Assembly: GCA_002383375.1 (NCBI GenBank)
Contig: DFYR01000040.1
Span: 5,522-69,521, forward strand
Direction of reading: 5' to 3'
Length of the DNA stretch: 64,000 bases
DNA from: Spirochaetaceae bacterium UBA4077
GTDB taxonomy: Bacteria; Spirochaetota; Spirochaetia; Treponematales; Rectinemataceae
The position numbers and the translations under genes were made by a program. The notes below the pieces were generated by a model. It was given only the letters and a program-made list of their open reading frames with translations. It did not search any database and was not told the DNA's origin. Within the stretch, counting starts at the first letter, position 1. Each line of letters starts with the position of its first letter. Below, piece by piece: positions 57,295 to 64,000 of the stretch.

Positions 57295-57912
57295 CTACCG
57301 AACTTTATACGGGGACACAAGGCTGATATCGATGCTTATCAGGTCTAGGAATGGCGATATCTGGCCTGTTGTAAAATCGTATTGAACGCCCGTTGTTCCT
57401 ATCCGGTTTCTCTTTCCGTAGAAAAGGCTTCCTACGACCAACGGAGTGAATTTGATATATGCATGATAGCTGGCTGTCATTCCGGCGGATGTACGAAGTC
57501 CATGGAATCCTGTGGCGAAACCCGCGCCTATGAGCATGTTTACAAAGGCTGTAGGCTTTATCGCTGACAAGAAGTGAGGTGATAAAATCGCGTACGATAC
57601 GCTGGCGTCGAAAAATAATTCATTCATTGGCTGTGGGGTGATAGTGAACACCATTCCCAGCTCTGCTTCTATTCTCGGGGAAAAGCCTGTCGTAAAGCTT
57701 TGACGAATTAATGTACTTTTCGCGACAGGGCTGTAGCCAGAACCGTTGCCGATTAAGAAGGGAGCAGAAAACGAGAAAGAGCTTTTCTGCCCGTGGGCAT
57801 CGACGATCGGCGTAAAGAGAACGATCGCCACTATCGCGATCGTCGATAAGGAGCGGCGATTGGTCGAGCGTCGCATGGCCGCCGGACGGTTTTCCCGAAT
57901 TGTTTTGTCCAT
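57295..57912 (-). CDS. small exported protein, probable 8-stranded beta-barrel-like
   Basis: N-terminal hydrophobic signal (IAIVAIVLFTPIVDAHG) followed by alternating-hydrophobicity strands (SSFSFSAPFLIG, MTASYHAYIKFTPLVVGSLFYG, FLDLISIDISLV). Low-GC region. Confidence 0.45.
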   Translation of the reverse strand: MDKTIRENRPAAMRRSTNRRSLSTIAIVAIVLFTPIVDAHGQKSSFSFSAPFLIGNGSGYSPVAKSTLIRQSFTTGFSPRIEAELGMVFTITPQPMNELFFDASVSYAILSPHFLSAIKPTAFVNMLIGAGFATGFHGLRTSAGMTASYHAYIKFTPLVVGSLFYGKRNRIGTTGVQYDFTTGQISPFLDLISIDISLVSPYKVR

Positions 57913-57922
57913 ACCTTCTTCT

Positions 57923-58492
57923 TCACATCATATACGTGAATTCGAACAATCCGATTCCCCAGCCCGAAAGACCCATCGACGTGTCGAACAACAAACTCGC
58001 CGCTCCCACCGAGTAATAGCCGCTTCCTTCGAAAATTCGCAATGGCGAGAATGAAAACAGGTAATACATCTCCGACAGGTTTTTCAATGGGAATCCTGCT
58101 CCGAACCGCGCGAGCGGGGCCCAGCGGTGCTCCCTGATGAACCGATCGGACAACGGATGCCGCTCAGAATACGCTATCGTTAGGTCCAGGGTCACTCCTG
58201 CCTTCATCGCCGTAAGACTGAGGGAATCGGTAGGAATATACATATGTATTCCTAGCGCGGGGCTGAGATAAGGCCATTGAAATAAATGAAATCCCAAGGA
58301 TACATCCGCTATCGGAGCGGCGGTGAAAATTTTCGGAGCCGAATACCCATGTAAGGCGACTGAATAGAAGCTTCGACAGCTTTGCGTACGCTCATATTTT
58401 ATCGAAAAATCGTCAGCCGCCGCGACGTCGAAGGCTATGACCGCCAAAACGAGGACTAATGCGCCTGAGTATGCGCGAGAACCCGTGCTCAT
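57923..58492 (-). CDS. small exported protein, probable 8-stranded beta-barrel-like
   Basis: Signal peptide ALVLVLAVIAFDVAAA and beta-strand-like repeats (GVTLDLTIAYS, YYLFSFSPLRIF, GWGIGLFEFTY near the C-terminus). Its start codon directly abuts the PLD stop. Confidence 0.45.
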   Translation of the reverse strand: MSTGSRAYSGALVLVLAVIAFDVAAADDFSIKYERTQSCRSFYSVALHGYSAPKIFTAAPIADVSLGFHLFQWPYLSPALGIHMYIPTDSLSLTAMKAGVTLDLTIAYSERHPLSDRFIREHRWAPLARFGAGFPLKNLSEMYYLFSFSPLRIFEGSGYYSVGAASLLFDTSMGLSGWGIGLFEFTYMM

Positions 58493-59824
58493 CTATCCTC
58501 CAAGCAATAGTATGGCATGCAGCAATGAATTCGAGAGGGATCGATACGTTAAGGCTTCTGCCCTTTCGATTTTCCGGGAATTTTTCAGGAGAGCCTCCAA
58601 GTTTTCATAAGCAATCGCTCCAATTTCGTCGTCGTCATAGATGAAAGCGAGTTCTCGTGAAAGATGCTGGGACCTGAAGTTGAAATTGACGCCTCCGAAC
58701 GCGGTAAGGCTTCGATCGGCCATCATGAGCTTGTAATGTAAGAACCCGCGTTCCGGCGAATTATACATATACACGGAAGCCCCGGCGTCTATCATATCCA
58801 AAAAGCAATATTTCGCCGCGATTTCGTTGCCCATCCGGTCCGAATTCTCTGAGGCGAGGATGTTCACCGATACTCCGCGGGACGTCGCGTGTCTGATTTT
58901 TTCGATGAGCGGTCCGGTGGTGTACGCCAGTCCTTGAACCACCCATAGTTCTTTTTGGGCGCAGGTAAAGAACAAATCGAACATTTTGTCTACGACGCCG
59001 CGATCCTTGAGCCCTTGGTCCGCGATCCACACAGGCACTTCCCGCCTTGGTTCGGCTTCCGGCGCGGCGGATGCGAAATCCGCCGGCGATATCCTCGTGG
59101 GAGAGTTCGCGTTCCAGGTTTCGCAGAAGGAATCCGTGAGGTAGCGAGCGGCCCCGATGCTTTCAACTTCCAGAAACGTGTCTATTTGCCCGTCCTTATC
59201 GTACGGCGCGAATGAGAGATAATTGATATTCATGCCCCCCATGGCGACTCGAAAACCATCGACGATCCAGAATTTTCTATGTTCACGATCGAGAAGCCCA
59301 GGCAACATGAAAATCCGCTCTCCCGATATAGGATTGTACTCCGCCACGTGTACACCGGAATTCTTCAATCGTTTTATCGCCATCGGCATGAGATTCTTTT
59401 GTGCATAATCGTATTGTTCGTACGAGGAAGAATCGATGATGATATGCACTTTGACGCCAGCCTGGGCCTTTTTTATCAACGCTTCGTAGATAGGGGCCGT
59501 GTAATCGCAATAGTTGCCCAAAAAGATCGTTATGAGGATGGATTCTCTGGCGCTTTCGATAAGGGTAAGCGCCCGCGGCATCCAGGCTGAACTGGAGAAA
59601 TAAAAAACCGGCACGGTGGAATCGAAACGGGGGATATTGTTTTGTTGTAAGAATGCCGCTGGCACATATGGCTCGTCCTGATGCTCGTACGCGCGAATAG
59701 TGCTCGCGCAAGAAGATAGCAGAAAGATCGAGACTATTACTAACGAGGTCCCTAAAGCTGGGAATAGGCGTTTTCTTCGGGCAGCGCATAGCCCTGCATG
59801 ATCGACTATACGATGGTTTTTCAT
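58493..59824 (-). CDS. phospholipase D / cardiolipin-synthase-like lipoprotein (two HKD motifs)
   Basis: Lipobox-like FLLSSC after a hydrophobic segment. HKD-1 HRKFWIVDGFRVAMGGMN; HKD-2 HYKLMMADRSLTAFGGVN. Confidence 0.8.
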   Translation of the reverse strand: MKNHRIVDHAGLCAARRKRLFPALGTSLVIVSIFLLSSCASTIRAYEHQDEPYVPAAFLQQNNIPRFDSTVPVFYFSSSAWMPRALTLIESARESILITIFLGNYCDYTAPIYEALIKKAQAGVKVHIIIDSSSYEQYDYAQKNLMPMAIKRLKNSGVHVAEYNPISGERIFMLPGLLDREHRKFWIVDGFRVAMGGMNINYLSFAPYDKDGQIDTFLEVESIGAARYLTDSFCETWNANSPTRISPADFASAAPEAEPRREVPVWIADQGLKDRGVVDKMFDLFFTCAQKELWVVQGLAYTTGPLIEKIRHATSRGVSVNILASENSDRMGNEIAAKYCFLDMIDAGASVYMYNSPERGFLHYKLMMADRSLTAFGGVNFNFRSQHLSRELAFIYDDDEIGAIAYENLEALLKNSRKIERAEALTYRSLSNSLLHAILLLGG

Positions 59825-59979
59825 AAATGTCGCATCAGGGGAGCAAGTGATATCGGCGCCACGTTCATAACCGTGATTTTACCACGGGAGCACGGCCATC
59901 GCAAACTTGAATAAAAAGCGAATATTATATAGCTTAACGTTATCTTTAACGGAAGATATGCCGAGCAAAGGAGTCGATA

Positions 59980-60885
59980 ATGGATACAGTGTTTTGGTCG
60001 GCCCGACAGGGCGCGGAGTGGAAGACCAAGGTTGGCCTGGCTGAGATGCTTAAAGGCGGCGTCATCATGGATGTGACCAATGCGGCACAGGCCAAGATTG
60101 CCGAAGAAGCCGGCGCGGCGGCGGTTATGGCGCTGGAGCGCGTTCCCGCTGATATACGGGCTCAAGGCGGCGTCGCCCGCATGTCCGATCCGAAGATGAT
60201 AAAGGAAATTCAAGACGCTGTTTCCATTCCCGTCATGGCCAAATGCAGGATAGGGCATTTTGTCGAGGCTAGGATTCTCGAAGCCTTGGGCGTGGATTTT
60301 ATCGATGAATCCGAGGTGCTTACCCCCGCCGACGACAGATTCCATGTCTTCAAGAACGGTTTTAAGGTTCCCTTTGTCTGCGGCTGCCGCGACCTGGGCG
60401 AAGCATTGCGCAGGATAGGCGAAGGCGCCGCCATGATTCGCACTAAGGGCGAGCCCGGCACGGGCGACGTCGCCGAGGCGGTCAAGCACATGAGAAGCGT
60501 CGTGGACGGCATCGCAAGGCTTACCAGGCTTCCTGAAGAGGAACTCATGACCGCAGCCAAAGAACTGGGCGCCCCCTTCGAGCTGGTATGGGAGGTGGCC
60601 AAGACAGGAAAGCTCCCGGTGCCGAACTTCTCGGCGGGCGGGATCGCTACGCCAGCCGACGCGGCCCTCATGATGCAATTAGGCGCCGAGTCGGTCTTCG
60701 TGGGCTCGGGCATTTTTAAATCGGGCGATCCCGCCCGCCGCGCTAAAGCCATTGTAGGAGCGGTGGTGCACTACAAGGAGCCCAAGATCCTGGCTGAGCT
60801 CTCGGAGGACCTGGGCGAGGCCATGGTCGGCATTGGGCTCTCCGAACTGGACGAACAGCAGCGAATGGCCGTGCGAGGCTGGTGA
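59980..60885 (+). CDS. pdxS: pyridoxal 5'-phosphate synthase, lyase subunit
   Basis: LKGGVIMDV...[11 protein letters not shown]...GEPGTG...SGIFKS are highly conserved PdxS blocks. AAAGGAG RBS. Confidence 0.95.
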   Translation: MDTVFWSARQGAEWKTKVGLAEMLKGGVIMDVTNAAQAKIAEEAGAAAVMALERVPADIRAQGGVARMSDPKMIKEIQDAVSIPVMAKCRIGHFVEARILEALGVDFIDESEVLTPADDRFHVFKNGFKVPFVCGCRDLGEALRRIGEGAAMIRTKGEPGTGDVAEAVKHMRSVVDGIARLTRLPEEELMTAAKELGAPFELVWEVAKTGKLPVPNFSAGGIATPADAALMMQLGAESVFVGSGIFKSGDPARRAKAIVGAVVHYKEPKILAELSEDLGEAMVGIGLSELDEQQRMAVRGW

Positions 60886-61487
60886 GCCCAATGGTCGGAC
60901 AATCTTCGGGCCGGAAACCCTTGGTAGGGGTTCTGGCCCTTCAAGGGGATTATGCCGCACACAAGGCTTCGCTTCAGGAAGCAGGCGCCGAGGTCCTGGA
61001 AGTCCGCTCGGGCGAGGACCTTGCCAAGGTCCAGGCAATGGTCATCCCTGGCGGCGAGAGCACGGTCATGGCTTCTCTCATGGAACGCTTCGGCTTCCTC
61101 GAGGAGTTCAGGCACAGAATCCAGGCAGGCATGCCGACATTCGGCACCTGCGCCGGGCTCATCCTCCTGGCAGCCAGGGTTGAGAAATGGAACAGGCCTA
61201 GCCTGGCAGTCCTGGACATCGATCTCAGGCGGAACGCATACGGTACTCAAGTGGACAGCTTCCGTGTCCCTATCACTACCACAATCCCAGGGATCTCCCG
61301 GCTGGAAGCTGTCTTCATCCGAGCTCCCAAAATCTTGTCGGTGGGTCCTGAGGTAGAAGTACTGGCTTTTCATGAGCAGGATCCGATCCTAGTCCGCCAG
61401 GGCTCGGTACTGGGAGCCAGCTTTCATCCCGAGCTTGTGCCCGGAGCCATGGTCCACCGCTGGTTTATACAAGGTTTGCCAGCGTAA
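60882..61487 (+). CDS. pdxT: pyridoxal 5'-phosphate synthase, glutaminase subunit
   Basis: VGVLALQGD, catalytic Cys in GTCAGLILL, and FHPE. The GTG at 60882 overlaps the pdxS stop; an alternative ATG lies at 60891. Confidence 0.9.
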   Translation: MSPMVGQSSGRKPLVGVLALQGDYAAHKASLQEAGAEVLEVRSGEDLAKVQAMVIPGGESTVMASLMERFGFLEEFRHRIQAGMPTFGTCAGLILLAARVEKWNRPSLAVLDIDLRRNAYGTQVDSFRVPITTTIPGISRLEAVFIRAPKILSVGPEVEVLAFHEQDPILVRQGSVLGASFHPELVPGAMVHRWFIQGLPA

Positions 61488-61545
61488 AAACGCTAAAAAA
61501 TTATACATTTCTTTACTTTCTTCCCTAACATCTATCCTAAAGGCA

Positions 61546-61554
61546 TGATATAAT
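61546..61554 (+). promoter_or_regulatory. extended -10 promoter candidate (TGATATAAT)
   Basis: TG at 61546-61547, one nt, then TATAAT at 61549-61554, in an AT-rich spacer 27 nt upstream of the ATG at 61581 (AGGAG RBS at 61571-61575). Confidence 0.45.
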
Positions 61555-61580
61555 TAAAAAAATATATAATAGGAGTTCTC

Positions 61581-62336
61581 ATGATCGTCCGGGAAGTAAA
61601 AAAACAGGCAGTAAAGGAAGCCTTCGACGGGCAGCCGAGATTTCCGTTTACGGCGGAAGACAGGGACGTGCTGGAGCGCTACTTCTCTGTCGCCGAAATG
61701 ATCAGCCGCTGCTGCGGATCAGGTTGCGAAGTTCTGGTTTATTCGTATGAAGATTTCAACAAGGCGATAATTAAGATCATAAACGGACATGTCTCAGGAA
61801 GAAGCCTTGGAAGTCCCATAACAGAATTCGGTCTCAACTGCGCTAAGGTAGCTTTGGAGAGCGACCAGGATATCACCGGTCCGTACCTAGCCCGGACCAG
61901 GAGCGGATCACTTCTCAAGTGCATCAGCATGGTGATCCGCAACGAAAATAAACAGCCGGTCGGAGCCTTCTGTATCAATATCGATCTCTCTGTTCCCATG
62001 GAACGCTTCGTCAAGGAATTCCTTCTATCCATCGATAAATCAGGTGCGGCCGACGAGGTCCTTGTCCCAGATCTGAGCGAAAAGGTCGCTACCGTCCTAG
62101 CCGAGGAAATAGAAGCTCTTTCGCGGGTTACCGGCGTGTCTCCCAGCCACAAGAACCGTAATCTTGTAACAGCCTTGAACCACCGAGGTATATTCGACGT
62201 CAAGGGTTCGGTCGATCTGGTGGCGGGGGAGCTGGGAGTGACCAAGCATACGATTTATAAATACCTCAGGGAGCTTAAGAATAATCGCGCAAGCGGCGGT
62301 TTAAACCTAGAACCAAAGAAGGAAGACAGCGCATGA
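61581..62336 (+). CDS. YheO-like PAS-domain / HTH transcriptional regulator
   Basis: N-terminal PAS-like region (FPFTAEDRDVLERYFSVAEMI...) and C-terminal HTH VDLVAGELGVTKHTIYKYLRE. The architecture is that of YheO/DauR-type regulators. Confidence 0.7.
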   Translation: MIVREVKKQAVKEAFDGQPRFPFTAEDRDVLERYFSVAEMISRCCGSGCEVLVYSYEDFNKAIIKIINGHVSGRSLGSPITEFGLNCAKVALESDQDITGPYLARTRSGSLLKCISMVIRNENKQPVGAFCINIDLSVPMERFVKEFLLSIDKSGAADEVLVPDLSEKVATVLAEEIEALSRVTGVSPSHKNRNLVTALNHRGIFDVKGSVDLVAGELGVTKHTIYKYLRELKNNRASGGLNLEPKKEDSA

Positions 62337-62725
62337 ATAAGGAAACAGCCTCCACCCCTCTTATGCCCGGTACATTCGGAGCCTATGCCACAGCGGTTAA
62401 AGCCGGCAGGCTTGTTTTCATATCTGGACAGCTGGGGGTGGATCCTGCTACCGGTAAGCTTGCTCCCGGGGGAATTGAGGCCGAGACTCGTCAATGCCTG
62501 GCCAACATGAGGATGATCCTCTTCCAGCTTGGGCTTACCATGAGCGATGTTGCCAAGACTACTGTCTTCCTCAGGGATATCGCCGATATCGACCGGATGA
62601 ATGGCATCTACGCCGAAGCATTCGGAGAACACCGCCCAGCGCGCAGTACGGTGCAGATTGTTGCGCTCAATAAAGGCGCCTTGGTGGAAATCGAGGCTGT
62701 AGCCTACTTAGGCTCGGAGGACTAG
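62333..62725 (+). CDS. RidA-family (YjgF/UK114) enamine/imine deaminase
   Basis: FISGQLGVDPATGKL...ARSTVQIVALNKGALVEIEAVA. ATGA overlap with the regulator gene. Confidence 0.9.
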   Translation: MNKETASTPLMPGTFGAYATAVKAGRLVFISGQLGVDPATGKLAPGGIEAETRQCLANMRMILFQLGLTMSDVAKTTVFLRDIADIDRMNGIYAEAFGEHRPARSTVQIVALNKGALVEIEAVAYLGSED

Positions 62726-62752
62726 GCTTAAGGCCCGCTCCCGGCGAGGGCT

Positions 62753-64000
62753 TTAGGTCTGGGCTTCCAGTCCTTCGGGACTTTCTATAGCTTCTATTCT
62801 GCTCACGAGGAGCTTGTCGATCCTGTTTCCGTCCATGTCGACTATCTCGATGCGAAGTCCGGCCCACTCACAGCGCTCGCCAGCCTTGGGGATGGAGCCC
62901 ATGCAGAAGAGCACCAGCCCTGCCACGGTGTCGTAAGCGTCGGTGTCGAAGAAGTTTTCGTCCACCTCCAGCGCCTCGGCGAATTCGCTTATTGTCAGCG
63001 CCCCGTCCACCAGATATGATCCGTCCTCCCGTTTTGTCAGGCCTGCTGTTTGGTCGGATTCTCCCTGGTCGAGGCCTGCAAGCACTGAGAAAAGCAGGTC
63101 GGGAACTGTCACCAGGCCTGAAACGCCGCCGTACTCGTCCACGATGAGACCTGTACGTGCTTCCTTGTCCTTCAATATGGCCAAAGCCCGCAAGGCCGAA
63201 ACCGATTCTGGGATCAGAACGGGAGGGCTGAGTTGGGCTTTTATGTCAAAGGTCTTTCCTGAAGCCAGTACAGCCAACGCTCTGCGCATGTCCAACATGC
63301 CCACCACCCTGTCAAGATCACCTTCCACGGCAGGCAGGCAGGCATAGTCGGCATTGGCGAGGATTTCTTTCTGCAAAACCATAGTATCATCGTCCAGGTC
63401 GAGGGTTACCACATCGGTACGGGGAGTCATAAAGGCGGTAACTCTTCTGTCGTCCAGGTCCAGGACTCCTTCCACCATTTCCTTTTCGGAGTTCTCGAAG
63501 ACTCCCGATTCGGCTCCCTGGGCGATGAGTACCATCACTTCGTCTTCGGTAACCGCCGGTTCAGAGTTCCTGGCAAAGCCGAGAAGTTTTATGACAAGAT
63601 TCGTCGTTCCCGAGAGAAAATGGGCCAGAGGTGAAAAGGCGGTGCTGATTGCCTTCAAGGGACGTATGACCGCCGCGGCGATGGGTTCGGGCTTGGAGAG
63701 GGCGAGATTCTTGGGCACGAGCTCGCCCAGGACGACCGAAATCAGGGTAGTGAGCAATACCACGAGTATGACCGAAAGAGGATGGGCTATCGCCGCCAGG
63801 GCAGGGATGCTCTCGAGCCAGAGCCCCAGGTTTCTTGAGACTGTTGCTCCGCCTACCGCGCCGGTGAGAATGCCAATAAGGGTGATTGCAACCTGAATGG
63901 ATGAAAGGTAGGGTGCCGGCTGCTCGGCTGCTGCCAAGGCAAGGCTGTAGTTTTTCTTGCCCTGATCAGCCTCGTGGCGAAGCCGAGCTTTGCGCGAAGA
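62753..64000 (-). CDS. CNNM/CorC-HlyC family protein (DUF21 TM + CBS pair + CorC_HlyC); N-terminus beyond window end
   Basis: The frame stays open upstream of the track start (…SSRKARLRHEADQGKKNYSLALAAAEQPAPYLSSIQV…), so the gene continues past 64000. A CBS pair and the C-terminal CorC domain are present. Confidence 0.85.
   Translation of the reverse strand, partial: SSRKARLRHEADQGKKNYSLALAAAEQPAPYLSSIQVAITLIGILTGAVGGATVSRNLGLWLESIPALAAIAHPLSVILVVLLTTLISVVLGELVPKNLALSKPEPIAAAVIRPLKAISTAFSPLAHFLSGTTNLVIKLLGFARNSEPAVTEDEVMVLIAQGAESGVFENSEKEMVEGVLDLDDRRVTAFMTPRTDVVTLDLDDDTMVLQKEILANADYACLPAVEGDLDRVVGMLDMRRALAVLASGKTFDIKAQLSPPVLIPESVSALRALAILKDKEARTGLIVDEYGGVSGLVTVPDLLFSVLAGLDQGESDQTAGLTKREDGSYLVDGALTISEFAEALEVDENFFDTDAYDTVAGLVLFCMGSIPKAGERCEWAGLRIEIVDMDGNRIDKLLVSRIEAIESPEGLEAQT

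Overview
This is a high-GC chromosomal segment. Hand counts of single 60-nt lines give about 55-58% G+C in most genes, about 47-52% in the histidine-kinase gene and about 43-45% in one island. The gene content points to an anaerobic, probably diderm bacterium: split transketolase, PdxS/PdxT, a flavodiiron protein, an iron-sulfur flavoprotein and many periplasmic-SBP ABC importers with Sec signal peptides. I cannot assign a phylum from the sequence alone.

I call about 62 protein-coding genes. I saw no rRNA, tRNA, CRISPR array, transposase or integrase.

Gene order:
- GntR regulator, then proA-proB.
- Two MBL hydrolases and a HAD hydrolase.
- A Dpp/Opp-type ABC importer, a metallophosphoesterase and an ABC exporter.
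- A tightly coupled minus-strand operon: PNP, MtaD-like deaminase, MoxR, DUF58, DUF4129 membrane protein.
- A convergent pair: an HD-GYP response regulator and a hybrid histidine kinase.
- A GntR-controlled sugar ABC locus with split transketolase, cupin, Zn-ADH and Gfo/Idh/MocA genes.
- asd behind a lysine riboswitch.
- Iron-sulfur flavoprotein and flavodiiron protein.
- A 5'-truncated PrpB-like relic, a thioesterase, a small wHTH protein and a beta-hydroxyacid dehydrogenase.
- An orphan FRG-domain gene.
- A roughly 14.5-kb locus with a sigma-54-type promoter and a PrpR-type activator.
- GNAT, a small membrane protein and a short ThiF.
- A low-GC island: a PLD lipoprotein plus two small beta-barrel-like proteins.
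- pdxS-pdxT, a YheO-like regulator, RidA and a CNNM/CorC-type protein that runs off the window.

The most interesting candidate for an undescribed system is the sigma-54 locus (41217-55732). It combines a DUF1537 kinase, an Fe-ADH, two PdxA paralogues, a DapA/NanA-like lyase, a peptide-type ABC importer and a cytoplasmic sialidase-fold protein. Its promoter abuts the first start codon.

All family assignments rest on motifs I can read in the translations. No database search was possible.
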